From positions 148,862,001 to 148,926,000 of the forward strand of contig NC_082709.1 of NCBI RefSeq assembly GCF_030144855.1: a DNA stretch of 64,000 nucleotides, in the 5' to 3' direction. Under the pieces are notes generated by a model. The model made no database searches and was not told where the DNA came from. It saw only the letters and a program-made list of their open reading frames with translations. Origin of the DNA: Hypanus sabinus (taxonomy: Eukaryota). Position 1 is the stretch's first letter. The number at the start of each line of letters is the position of its first letter. The position numbers and the translations under genes are program-made. This document shows positions 47,992 to 61,184 of this stretch, one piece after another.

Positions 47992-49640
47992 CAGAAGGAA
48001 AATTAAAGGATTTTGGATAGAATGATTTGACATTCAACTGAAAGAATCGAGTTTGTACTAGCGGTGAATATTCGCCACAGAAGAAAATCTAAATTTGAAA
48101 GCAAACTCCTCCATCCATGTATAGTGAGTGTTCTTTCTAAAGGTCACTTGATTGGGAAGAGGGGGAGAAAAAGGCACATATATTGTAAAATGTTTGGCTC
48201 AATTGGCCTCCATCCCAATAAGCCGGAAAGGAATACTTGGTGTAGCTGGAATGTTTAATTTCACACTAATGTCTTTATCTGTGCCTAGAAATGTATTCCT
48301 GGTTGGTAGCATTGAGTGCACTGTATATCAGCAATATTGTGTTGTATGTGTTTTGCCTCTGAAATTCCCTGATGCAGAACACAGCAGTGTCCTATTGCTG
48401 TTGTTTGGTGTGGTTACCATGAATGACTTAATGAATTTTCTAGATCTTTGCCAACTATTCTCACTGCATGAGCATTTTCACATTAGTCTGCTATGTGTAA
48501 TAGATCTGATGTTGTAAAATCCAGACAATCTACTAAATGTTAAGAATACAGAACTACATGATGGAGGGAAAATATTGAACTATAATCTAAATTTGAGGAC
48601 GTTTTCCCCAAAGCTTCATGACTCTTAATTTCCCCACCGGTTTGGTTAGCAAATCTAAGAGTCAACATTATATCCAAAGCAAGTCACTAATGGAGGGATC
48701 GTTGTACAGCCCGACGTTTTGCTCAATCAGCACAGCTTAGGATATTGAGCAAAAGAAGCAATGGAAAAGGAGTATGAAGATCATGAAATCCAAGGAGAAT
48801 CTGTAGAACCTCAGGCTCATAGATATTGAGTCAGGCAAACTTCCATGTTTGACGAATGTCAAATGACTATGATGTGCAATAGAAAAATCATGGAGGACAC
48901 CTTGTGCAGGTGGTAATGATCATCAGTGTCATAAGTGCAGTGTGACTTACATGCAGACAATGTAACCCAAGTGCAGGATGTGGGACAATGAAATTCCATT
49001 CCTCTAGTGAATACAGATGAAGATGAAGCAGATTATTAGTAGGTACAGCTAATCGTTCTCGTTTATGAATTTTTTGATACAGAAGTCATATGGAGCTGCA
49101 ACTTTGTAGAATGGAAAATAGTCATGCAGCTGAATAACATTTTTTTATACTTAATTTTCTTTGCACTTTTTAAAATAACTTTTTATTCCATGTATGAACC
49201 AGAATCATTATAATTGCCTGTTTTGTTTCAATATTGTTCTTTGAAAGAGGACTATTTGGTTAAGAGAAATGGTTTCAAACCTGAACAAATTACTTGCCCA
49301 ACATAGTTAATTTTGTTGTCAGGATATTAGCCTTTGCAAAAAAAAACCTGCCAGTGTAAACCACAGAGGAGTTTCCTCCACTCACTTACCTTGGAGAACC
49401 TTGAAAGAAACTGTAATGCTCTGCTACATCAGCAGATCCCTTTCAATGTACTGAGTCAATCTTGAAATCTATAATTACTTGTACACATTGAAGAGAATGA
49501 AAGTGGGGTTTAATCATCTATGAATTCTTTTTAAGGATTTTTATTTCCCGCTAAATTAAAAACAACTATTTATGGACCACTAACATATAAATTCCACAGG
49601 ACAACCAATAAAACAATAATGACAAAAATCACTAATATTT
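47992..49640 (+). other. Probable IGSF3 3' UTR (3' end uncertain)
   Basis: Repeat-poor AT-rich stretch after the stop codon. ATTAAA near 49554 and AATAAA at 49607-49612 are candidate polyadenylation signals. The UTR could extend further. Confidence 0.55.
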
Positions 49641-51554
49641 ATGTGAGAAAACAGAAGTGGCCAGACCAGGTTGCAATAAGCAAGCAGGAGAATACTTTGA
49701 TAAAAAACATTTTATGTCTGCAGTGACTGTCTAAACAAAAATGCTTGTATCTCCATGAAGATGCTGGTTTGTAAGGTTTTCAAGTTGAATATGTTTATTT
49801 TCAGACACCACATAATTTGAATTGATAGGTAATTATCCAACCTTTAATGATTCGTAAGCTGTTTACCCGAGTGTCATTGAGAGAGCTAATCAGAACTGAA
49901 GCAATTACTTTATGGTTAGTTAGTCCATATTATCATATACAATATACACGTGCTGATCCCTGCGCTGACATTGACAACTCCCAGATATAAGTTCATGGTA
50001 AATCTTTAATATCTAGCAGTTCTAGCTTGTACATTATTGCTGTCATTACCAAGATTTAAGAACAAAGGAGCAGACATTCTGATCTGGGCAAGACCAATGA
50101 AAGCCTCATACTGTATTTTGTTTCTTGTAATATAGTTTTTTTCTTGTTTAGCTGTCATCTTTCTGTACATTAAGAGCACAGCCGATTCATGGATAACAAC
50201 AATGTTGAGTAACCAGCTGGTCTGGGGTTTCTTTGAAGCAGGTATTAAAATATATTTATCAGAGTTGTTTCATGAGATGGCATGAAATCCAAGTCTGAAT
50301 CCCAACTTGGGATTCGTTGTCAGACTAAGGACCTTCAAGTGAGAATGTGATCAATGGAACATAATATTTTTATTAGCCAAAACTTCTAACCACTAACTTT
50401 CCTCAGGCGGTCCCCCAGAACTAACAGTATCTCTTCTGCCTCGGTCCTGAGGGGTGCAAGTTGCCTATATGTGAAACGTGAGGTGGCCATTGCTCACCAG
50501 CCACTCCTTGATAAAGCGTGGTTTTGGTTTGACGCGAAGAGGTCCAAGACAATTGGAGATTAAGATTTGCTACACAAACTTAGCTGCATGCATATACCCA
50601 CACAAAATCACAACTTTGCCCACCCGCCCCCCCCCCCACTCGTACTTGGCCCTGATCATGCCACTTGAAGCCTGTGGCCTAACCCAGAATCTCCAAACAT
50701 CTCCTAGAAATGGTGTTGACAGACTACAGTCAGCAGATGTCACTAGGTATTGGTAAATGACTCAATGGCAGGAGCTTCTTGGCTGCCATTAACACCCTAA
50801 GTTTAGGGGTAGGGGATCAGTCATTCATTTAGCTGAAAGGTAGATTGTCCCCTATATGAACCTTCAATTAGAGAATTTTAAAAGAAATGGGAAACTGGTT
50901 TTGGAGTCGAATAGTGCATTAACAAGGTGTAACTGAGTACATCTATCAGTGTGGAAATGTGAGTTGTTGTGTAAGACATTGCCAATTAATTCTCTTTCAC
51001 CCAACTCCTCCAAATTTATTGATGGATTTAAATCTTAAACCTGCAGAAACATGAGATGTTCATTGGGTTGATTATATGATTCCCTCTGCCAACTGTGTTT
51101 ACTTTGTAATGTAACGTCAGGTCAGCATGCCATGGTTTCCCAAACAAGATCAACAGCCTTTGGTGTTATGCTCTTATATACACACTTAAGAAGATTCATA
51201 GCTTTAAAGTTGTTTCTGATCCTGGACCATCCAGTTTTATTTGAATAAATCAATTGATGCTTAACGTCTTGTACACTTAAAATGGCGAGTGTAATAGTTG
51301 ATAGAAAATAACTTAGAATGACTTGGTAACTCAGCACAGGATCTCCCCTTCTCTAGGTTTCAGCAGGGTTCTGTTCCTGAGAACCTGAACAGTTTGCAAT
51401 TTAGAAAAGCAGCTGGAAATGGAGTTCCCACAGGACAGAAGTGCAGAAGCCAGCAAATTCATCTCGGTGTTTTCCAAATGTTTGTTCATATGTACTGCCT
51501 GTATCCAAATCAGGTAGTCAGAAGCTGTGGAGAATCTCTATTATTTATAACCAT

Positions 51555-52245
51555 AATTACAGCATGGAAACAGGCCATCTTGGCCCTTCTGGTCCATGCT
51601 GAACGCTTAAGCTCACCTAGTTCCACCAACCTGCACTCAGCCCCTAACCCTCCATTCCTTTCCTGTCCATATACCTATCTAATTTTACTTTAAATGACAA
51701 TACCGAACCTGCCTCTACCACTTCTACTGAAAGCTCGTTCCACACAGCTACCACTCTCTGAGTAAAGAAGTTCCCCCTAAACTTATGCCCCTTAACTCTC
51801 AACTCATGCCCTCTTGTTTGAATTTCCCCTACTCTCAATGGAAAAAGCATGTCTACGTCAGCTCTATCTATCCCCCTCATAATTTTAAATACCTCTTTCA
51901 AGTCCCCCCTCAACCTTCTATGCTCCAAAGAATAAAGACCTAACTTGTTCAATCTTTCCCTGTAACTTAGGTGCTGAAACCCAGGTAACATTCTAGTAAA
52001 TCTTCTCTGTACTCTCTCTATTTTGTTGACATCTTTCCTATAATTTGGTGACCAGAACTGTACACAATACTCCAAATTCGGCCTTACCCATGCCTTGTAC
52101 AATTTTAACATTACATCCCAACTCCTATACTCAATGCTCTGATTTATAAAGGCCAACATACCAAAAGCTTTCTTCACCACCCTATCCACATGAGATTCCA
52201 CCTTCAGGGAACTATGCACCATTATTCCTAGATCACTCTGTTCTA
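51555..52245 (-). mobile_element. Relatively young 5'-truncated CR1 LINE
   Basis: Open frame DLGIMVHSSLK...LYKAWVRPNLEYCVQFWSP...RRLRGDLKEVFKIMRG...FTQRVVAVWNEL. Confidence 0.9.
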
Positions 52246-53789
52246 CATAGTCAGGAGTCTGAAGTAATTGTAGAAGAGTTAGTTTTATTGTACAATGTTC
52301 CACTTTTTTCCCTTAGGCAGTTTGAACAACTTGAACTTAATTTCATAAAACTGAATTACTTTTCCTAATTAGAAAAGTCCAATGAAACATCTCAATCTAC
52401 AAAATGATAAAACTTTAATAATAAATTAGCTATCATATAAAGTAAATGTATGATCTTGTTTCAATAACTGTTAAAGACTTCCATGACTTCAATAAGAAAA
52501 GGCAATTACAATTTTGCAGAGCTCACGTGTAAAAGAAAAACAATTCTGACTGAGAACTGTAATCATTTTCAAAGGAGCAACATGGTGACATTAGTTAACT
52601 TAATAAAAATGCAGAGATGAGACTAGAAATAATTGAAACAATGCTGGAATCCAGAATCTAACAGGAATAGTTCAGGATATGGAAGGTAAAAATTTAGGTA
52701 GAAGATCTTTTGAAAAGCATAGTATTAAGACAAGAAGTTTTGGAGATTTGGATTCATGTTTCATTTAGTGGTACATATATATGCATAAGAGTATTGGGGT
52801 AACATTTCCAAAGTTTTAACCTAAGATGTATTTTGGGCAAGTTCGGCTTTATCTTTATAAGCACGTCAAGAAAATAAGTTTTAACTTTGCTGGAATAACC
52901 TGCAGAGTCTATTAGAGTGAAATGATTGTGGTATTTGGGAACTGCAGACCTTGACACCATGGAGGCGATAAATGAGTAAGGGAGCAATAAAAGATGCATA
53001 CCAGTTAAATCTTGGCAGATTAAGTTGAGAAGAATATAGAACGCCCTGTGCTGCAACCTGCAACTTGAAAGCTCAATCAGCAACTTCAAAAAGGAAAAAA
53101 TAATTGGGTCTCCTATGAACCTTCAGTAAATGCACAAATATTGCAGACTGGATTGAATAATTGAATAGGAATATTAAAACAGTCTATCTTTAAAAGTTTG
53201 TGTTTGGCACTTCATTGCACACTAGAAAATACTATATTCAGCACGATTTTTGCAATACAAGTCATGCAAGCATACACTTTCATTAATATTTAAATGGCGG
53301 TATTATGTCATGAATGATGTACGGCATTCCCATCATCCCCTGCAGGGAAATAGATATTGAAGGCACAAATTGCAGATGCAGCAGTTTTCCAAGGGCAGTA
53401 ATTATTAACGTATTTAATAAACTTTTACTACCTACCTAAGGAAAAAAACAGTTTTATAAAAATTGGAAATATAGACATAAGTCTTCCATTCAACTATATT
53501 CTGCAAGTAGAACACAAAAAATCATATTAGTTTTAACCAGTAAATCTGGCCAGAAAGGGATTTGCCATTCCACAAAACCAAAAAAACTCAAAATTATTCC
53601 ACATAATACAAATCTAGATCAGAGAATGATTCACAAGTTCTCAGTTCTCTCCTTGAGAATTGTTTATGTAATTAAAGTGAGTAGTTCACATTGTTTGAGT
53701 ATGATGCATAATTGCAAACCAAGTATTACTGAACTATAATATGTTGCACCTGTGTCGTTAGAGTCATAACGCTCTTCAAAAGGGTATTT

Positions 53790-55980
53790 GATTATGTATA
53801 CCATATGACTGTTAGCGGATCCTTTTCTCATTGTGATGTTTATATAGTTGTCCAGTCTGCAGGTGACAGGGTTTTCCAGTCTGACTCTTTGGAACAAACT
53901 GTAGGGTTCAATTGCTGCCACTAAGGAATGGTCCAAAGTTGATTGGAAGGGGACCCTAGCAGAGAGGATGGTAGAGTAGTAATGGCAGGAGTTTCTGAGA
54001 GTAATTTGGAATTTGCAGGATGATCTCATCTGAAAGAAGCGGGAGGTTTCTGAGGGAACGTTGAGGAAACCGTGACTGACAAGTAAGGTTAAGGAGAGCA
54101 TAAAAGCAACAAAAGGACATAGTTTTGAGAAATTAGTGGAGAATTAGAGAATAGGCATGCCTTTACAAACCAAATGAAGGAACTAAGAAAACAATAAGGG
54201 GAGAAAAGCTGAACTATGATGCTAAGCCAACCAAGAATATAAAAAGGATACCAAAAGTTTCATCAGATATACTATATAAAGACTAAAAGAGAGGCAAGAG
54301 TGGACATAGGACCACTGGAAAGTGACACTGAAGACATAGTAAAGGGGAACAAAAAAATGGCAGGAAAAACTTAATAAACATCCATTTTCATTGTGGAAGT
54401 CAGCAGCAACATGTCAGAAATTCAAGGAAGTCAGTTGTGGTGTGAGGGGAGTAGATGTGTTTGTTGTTGCTGGTAATGAGGAGAAGGTGCTTGGGAAGCT
54501 GAAAGGTCCAAATAAAAAATATGAAGCAGGTGGACTACACTGCAGGGTTCTGAAGGAGGTGGCTGAAGAGATTGCAGAGGCATTAGCAGTGATCTTTCAA
54601 GAGTCACTAGATTCTGGATGGTTCAAGCGGACACACAAATACCATTCCGATCTTCAAATAGGGCGAGAGGCAAAAGACAGAAAGTTATAGGTCAGTTAGC
54701 CTGACTTCAGTGGTTGGTAAGATTTTAAATCTGTTATTAAGAATGTGGTTTTGGGGGGACTTGGAAGTACATGACCAAGTAGGCCAAACTCAGGATAGTT
54801 TTCTAAACAGGAGGGTTTTCCTGACAAATCTGTTTGAATTTTTTGAGTAAGTAGCAAGTAGGATAAATAAAGGAGTTGAGTGGATTTTGTTTACATGGAT
54901 TTTCCGGCTTTTGACAAGGTGCCATACATCAGGCTGCTAAACTGTATAGGAGCCAAAGGTATTGTTGAATTGAATTCCACTAGCTATGATAGCTGATTGG
55001 CAGAAAGCAGAATGGGGATAAAGGGCCCTTTACTCATGGGCTGCTGTTGACTGGTGGTGTTCTGCAGAGATGGGTGTTTCTGCTCCTTTTCAGATTATAT
55101 GTTAATGATCTGGATGATGGAATTGAGGGCTTTGTGGCCAGTTTGCAGACTGATTCAAAGATAGATGGAGGGACAGGTAGTGTGGAGTCACAAAGCAACC
55201 GGACAAGTTGAGAAAATGGGCAAGAATTGACACATGGAATACAATTTATGGAAGTGTATGGTCATGCCCTTTAGAAAAAATAAAGGCATAAACTATTTCC
55301 TAATTGTGGAAAGAATTAAGAAATCAGAGGTTCAGCATTCCCTAAAGGTTAACTTGCTGGTTGAGTTGGTAGTAAGGAAGTCAAATATAATGTTGGCATT
55401 CATTTCAAGAGGACTAGAATGTAAAAGCAAGGGTGTAATGTTGAGGATTTATAAACCACACTTGGAGTATTGTGAGCAGTTTTGGAGCCAGTATCTGAGG
55501 ACAGATGTGCTGCCATTGGAGCGTGTCTACAGGCGCTTATAAAAATATTACCAAGGATGAAAGTGTTAACATATAAGGAGCATTTTATAGCTCTCAGACT
55601 ATGCACCCCGAAGTTTAGATGAATGGGAAGCCTACCCCATATTGAAACACTTTAATATAGAATAGATGTGCAGACAATGTTTCCAATAGTGAGAGAGTCT
55701 TGGACCAGAGGCACCGCCTCAATAAAAGGATGACCCTTTAGAGCAGAAACAAGGAGGAATTTCTTGAGTCAGTGGGTGGTGCAGCTGTGGAATTCATTGC
55801 CACAGTTGGCTGTGGAGGCCAAGTCTTTGGGTATATTTAAAGCAGAGGTTGATAGTTTCTTGATTAGCAAGGTTACGGGGTTAAGGCAGGAAAATGGGGT
55901 TGAGAGTTAGAAGTAAACCAGGCATGAATAAATGGCAAGAAAAACTCATGTGTCATTTGGCCTAATTCTGCTCCTATGAA
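53790..55980 (+). mobile_element. Decayed CR1 LINE (RT to 3' end)
   Basis: VLKEVAEEIAEALAVIFQESLDSG; YRSVSLTSVVGK; YKPHLEYCEQFWS; CR1 tail near 55960. Confidence 0.85.
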
Positions 55981-58399
55981 CAGGTAAATGAAGACACATC
56001 AAGGAATCAACCGTCTAGTCTGCCATGGTGAGGTAAGGTTTGCTCATTACCCTAGGCGACCTTTATCACAGAATTGTACACAGCAGAGAGAGGTCACTTT
56101 TACCACAATGTCTTACTACTTCTTTAAAGCTATCTAGTTTATTCCAAAATCTATTTTTATTTCTCTATTACTCATAGCAGTGTACAATTCAATTTTGAAA
56201 GTTACCATATAAAAATAAAATTTCATCTCCCGCTTCTGCTTAAAACTATGTGCTCTACTTACTCACGATGGAAATTGGGGGGAGGGTTTATTATTGATTC
56301 TACCTTTGAGTCATAGATCACCACAGCTTGAAACAGGACCTTCAGCCCATCTAGTCTATGCCAAACAATTATTCTACCTAGTCCATTGATTGGCAGCAGG
56401 ACTGTAACCCTCCTTAATCCACCCTTCCATGTACTTATTCAAATTTCTCTTACATATTGCAATCAAAGCCACACCCACCACATGACAGGCAGCTGGTTCC
56501 ACACTCACACCACCCTCTGAGCGAAGAAGTTTCCAAACCAACTTGTTTAAATATCATGTAATTTAGGAAGAGTTGATGAGCTAGCCGAGAGATTTTATAT
56601 TTTTTGCTTTAACTTACAATTATCTTTCACATCAATGCCATTCAACAATGACTTCAAATTTCTTCATGCAAAATCAAATGATTTTTCTAGACAGAATTTT
56701 GAAAAAGGATTTAAATGGTAGTTATACATTTGAAGCTAATTTGTCATTAAATATTTTCAGTTGAAGCCTCAGTCTTCGAGTCCTCCCGTCAGCTGAAACA
56801 CAAGCTGTAGGATTAACTAGCATGTGTATCTGGAAAAGTGGAGAAGGGGTAGTTGATCAGCTATTCAGACTTAAAGGGCTGAACGACTTCCTCTTGATCC
56901 TATTACGTATTGAGAGATGCATTAAATCTCACTCCAATCCTCTATAAATCTGAGTTTCAAAGAGGCAATAAGTTGTATGCTAATAGGCTTGCTAAATTGC
57001 AATTAAATGCATCTTTAAAGTTAAAATCAAATTTGACACTTTGATACTGGATGTTTTGTGAATACATCTTTCGGCACGGGTTAACTATCCTAATAAATGC
57101 ATTAAATATTTAAATAGCATCATCTTATCAGTCTGTGAGTGTATTTAATACAGAGTGATCAAAGGGTGCCTTGGTATGGATAGTTCTGCTGAAGGCTCAG
57201 TACCATATTAGTGAGGGTTAGCCTCAATTTACAGTGCAGTTATCAACTTTGATTTCTGCCCACCCCATCCTTAATGGCATATGTACAATGTTTGAACAGT
57301 CACTGGAGAGAAACAGGCATGAAGCTAATGGAAAACAATCTGAATTATCCACCTCGTTTGTCATTGGATCCAGGGAGTAAACAGATCATTACAAGAATAA
57401 TCAGTTTCTTCTAAAATTGGCTCCATTGAATGGTTCCTCCAGTGTGTTACAAGCTTTCTCCTGGCATGCAACTTAAAATGTATGTTTCAGTAAGTGGTAT
57501 GTATTCTATTTTGCTTCTTTCAGGATTACTTAAATCTTTGGTAATTTTGACCAGTCCAAAGCTCTGTTCACCTTTGTCACAATTACATTAAACTATCTAA
57601 TTAATTTAGTAAATTTGTATTGTTATCACTGATCAAAATTGTTGCACTTTGTAACTATAGTGATGGCATTTCTGAAATGAACTTGTACTCCCTGCACTGC
57701 CTTCAAGTGAGGCATTATACATGAAGTGACCCTCCTGGTTTAAAATCTTACAGTCCAGATCATGGATAACGTACTTTATAATATTAAACTAAACTGATGA
57801 GTAAAAGTGTCACACAACCAGCCTAATGTACCAGCTTTTTGCTGGGCAGGCAATTATTTTGGCATGGCCTCCTATTTAGTTAACCTGATGTTAAATTTTA
57901 CATTGTGAGGCGGAATCTTTTCTTCAATCCATGATCACAAGCATTCTTGTACTGTTTGCACTGTAATATGTACTCGCTGTAATCTAGAACTCCTGTAATA
58001 AATGGGCACTTCGGTCGGAATGTAAAGCGTAGCTTATCATGTTGGGATATTCCCAATTTTGACATTGTTTGAATGAACATCCTATTTTAGATATTTTCTA
58101 TGTATCAATAGTGCATGATACTGCTGAATTTAATTTGTGATATGAGTGTCCAATGTGAATTTTAAAATGTGATGCGCTTCGTTTGAAATCTCTTGTTATT
58201 TAGGTGTTAATAAAATGACGGTTCTTGAGAAGATTTGTTATGTTTCAGTAAACAGCTGTAATTGTGAATTTTTCAATGCTGTGCTCAGTCAGAGGCACCA
58301 ATTGCTCTCTGGTCTGTCACCTAAGTGATCAACTTGTAGGTAGCAAGGACTGACAAATGGCATCAGGATAAATAAACAGTAAAAATGCATTGCCAGTAT

Positions 58400-58645
58400 A
58401 AATGTAGGGATTAAATGTTAGTCAGAACCCTGGAAGGATTCCTTGATCGTCTTCTAATACTGCCTTGTCCTTTCTTCTGAAAAAGCAGTTAGCGCCTGAG
58501 CAGAAAGTTTCATCTGAAAACTTCAATCTCTTACTGTGCAGCACTCTTCTCTGTATTTCACCAAAGTGGCAAGTCTAATTTGTGCTTAAACAGGTCTGCA
58601 CAATTAACTTCTGATTCAAAATTAGAAATGCTACCACGCAGGCAA
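58400..58645 (-). mobile_element. Ancient Deu-SINE remnant
   Basis: tttcatctgaaaac..gtgcagcactc..tttgtgcttaa..cttctgattca..tgctacca is colinear with the 16610 copy and with the Deu-SINE reverse complement as I recall it. Confidence 0.55.
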
Positions 58646-58914
58646 GACTGGTATATGCTTTGCTCTCTATACATAGGGCAGAATATGCGATCATCACTTT
58701 GATTAAATACTTCACGAGAATCACCATGGTCCATCCAGCCCACAGACACAGAACTTGCTTAGTGTATTTCTGCTACGTCAGACCCATTTATTGGCTGAAA
58801 TTGTATACTTCTTGAAGTGAAAGGAGATTTTTAATGTAAATATCATCATGACAATTGAGGATTGAGTGGCATATCTTTCCCTTTGGGAAATGGCTATTGA
58901 CCTTTTGTTAATTC

Positions 58915-60340
58915 AGTCCTTTTCAAGATTTTAGATTATTCAAGGTCGTTTCCAGAACACAAGTGTAGAGGAAATTGGAATAATTGTTACTCCGGATCTG
59001 ATGCAGCACAAATATATACATAATAAGATAAAGACCACTATAATAATATAAAAACACAATACATATAAATATATAAGATAGTCTATATACTGAGATAGAT
59101 TGATTGTCCACAAAGTGCTGCCAGGCAAGAAGCGTCTACAACAGGTGAGTGAGGGGAAATGGTGAAGAAGTGATGGTTGGGGATGGGTTTGATAGTGGGT
59201 AGAGGTGCTGATCAGCATTCTTGTTTAAGGAAAGTAACTGCTTTTTATCGGTCTGGTGGGTCCTGGTGCGAATGCTACATAGCCTCCTCCCTAATGGGAG
59301 TGGGATAAACAGATCATGAGCCGGAAGGGTGGGATCCTTCATGATCTTACTGGCCCTTTTCCGATACTTTCTGTATGGTGGGTAGGGCATTGCCAGTGAT
59401 GTATTGGGCAGTTTTGACTACCCATTGTAGAGTCTAGCTGTCTGCTGCAGAGCAGTTTACTTATCGAGCAGTGATGCAGCTTCTAAGGATGCTCTCTACT
59501 GCACATCTGTAGAATGATGTAAGGATAGGTATGCATAGTCTAGCTCTCTTCAGCTTACTCGAAAAGTAGAGGCACTTGTGAGTTTTCTGGATTGTGTAGA
59601 ATCTGTTCTGGGACCATGAGAAGTTGTGTGTGAAGTGTACTCCCAGGAATTTGAATAGTTCACAGTTTCCACTGCTGCGTGAGTTCTCCGGAAGTTGATA
59701 ACCGTTTCCTTTGCCTTGTCGACATTGAGGAAGGGGTTATTTCCCTGGCACCAGGCCTCAATCTCTTCCACATTCTCTCTGCAGGTCATCTCATCATTGC
59801 CGATGACAAGCCCCACAACTGTTGTGTCATTGGCAAACTTCACAAAGTGGTTACTCGGGAGTTTAGCCGTGCAGTCGTGGTGAGAAGAGTCTACAGCAAT
59901 TGGCTGGGGGGCACCAACGCGAAGGATGATGGGGAGGGAAGAGTGGCGGAGTAGTGCATCATGACTCTCTGAGGTCTTTTGGGTAGGAAGGTCTAACACG
60001 TAGTTGCACAGTGGTGTATTTAGACCAAGGAGTAGGTGTTTCTTCACCAAAGTCTGTGGGATAATAGTGTTGAATGCGGAACTGAAATCAAGAAACAGCA
60101 CTCTGACATGGATCCTTGTTTTCTAGGTGTGTCAGGGCCAGGTGCATGATGGGTGCTATGGCATCTGTTGTAGAGTGCTTCTATCAGTAAGTATATTGAT
60201 GAGTGTCCAATCTGACAGGATTGGAGGTTTTAAGATGTGCCATTACCAGCCATTCAAGGAACTTCATGATGATTGACGTCAGTGCCACTGGGCAGTAGTT
60301 GTTTAGTTCTGAAGGTGTAGAGTTCTTTAGTACAATGGTG
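58915..60340 (-). mobile_element. Rex1/Babar LINE, 5'-truncated and decayed
   Basis: [18 protein letters not shown]...GAPQ...[11 protein letters not shown]; RKRASKIMKDPT.P.H.LF.PLP.GRR. Confidence 0.85.
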
Positions 60341-60419
60341 GCTGAATTGAAATGTGGGGAAGGCAGCCTGGATGAGTGTAGTCACAAACATGAGAAAGTC
60401 TGAGGAAGCTGGACATCCA

Positions 60420-61138
60420 AAGCAACTCACGCAAAACGCTGGAGGAACTCAGCGGGTCAGACTGCATCTGTGAACAAAGAGTGAACAGTCGATGTTATGG
60501 ACTGAGAAGGAAGGGGGAAGATGCCAGAATAAAAAGTGGGGGGAGCGGAAGGAGGCTCACTGGAAGGTGAAGCCAGGTGGGTGGGAAAGGTCAATGGCTG
60601 GAGAAGTAAGAATCTGATAGGAAAGGAGAGTGGACAACAGGAGAAAAGGAATGAGGAGGAGACCCAGGAGGAAGTAACATCAGAATGGGAATGGAAATTG
60701 AAGTAAAATGTTTGGCCATGTGGAAGTACCACTTTGGCAGATGGTGCAGAGGTGCTAACAGAAGCGATCTCCCAGTTTACAGTGGGTCTCACCAATATAG
60801 AACTTCCCTCACCGCCAGTCAGGGCCCTAAACAGTCCTTCCAGGTAAGGCAACACCTCACCTGTGTTTGGTGCTCCCACAAGTGGGACTCCCTGGTGCCA
60901 AACATTATAATTCCAATTTCCATTCCCAATGCAATATGTTGATCCATGGGCTCTTGTACCAACATGAGGCCACCCTTATATTCCATTTGGGTACATGGCA
61001 TGAATTTCAATTTACCCTTCTGGGGAACAAATTTCTCTTACCCCCCTCACTCTATTTTTCACTCTGACCTTTCACTTCTTTTCACCTGCCTAGTACTTCT
61101 CCCTGGGACCCCTCCTCCTCCCCCTTTCTCCTATTGTC
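60420..61138. mobile_element. Old PLE derivative with an internal inversion
   Basis: Minus-strand PLE terminus and purine tract at 60420-60790, then a plus-strand GIY-YIG relic (cagggccctaaacagtccttccaggt) and pyrimidine tract. Confidence 0.65.
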
Positions 61139-61184
61139 TAAGGACAATGTGGTGGTATTGGAGAGGGTCCAGAGGAAATTAATG

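Noticed and set aside
51644-52303. 219-aa minus-strand ORF as a host gene
   Set aside because: It is the CR1 ORF2 C-terminus. Its N-terminal residues come from flanking DNA.
53664-54101. 145-aa minus ORF
   Set aside because: Mostly the antisense shadow of a decayed CR1; no recognisable domain.
58558-58749. 63-aa minus ORF with a nearby acceptor as a coding exon
   Set aside because: It overlaps a Deu-SINE remnant, and all three frames after the tttcag acceptor at about 58795 hit stops quickly.
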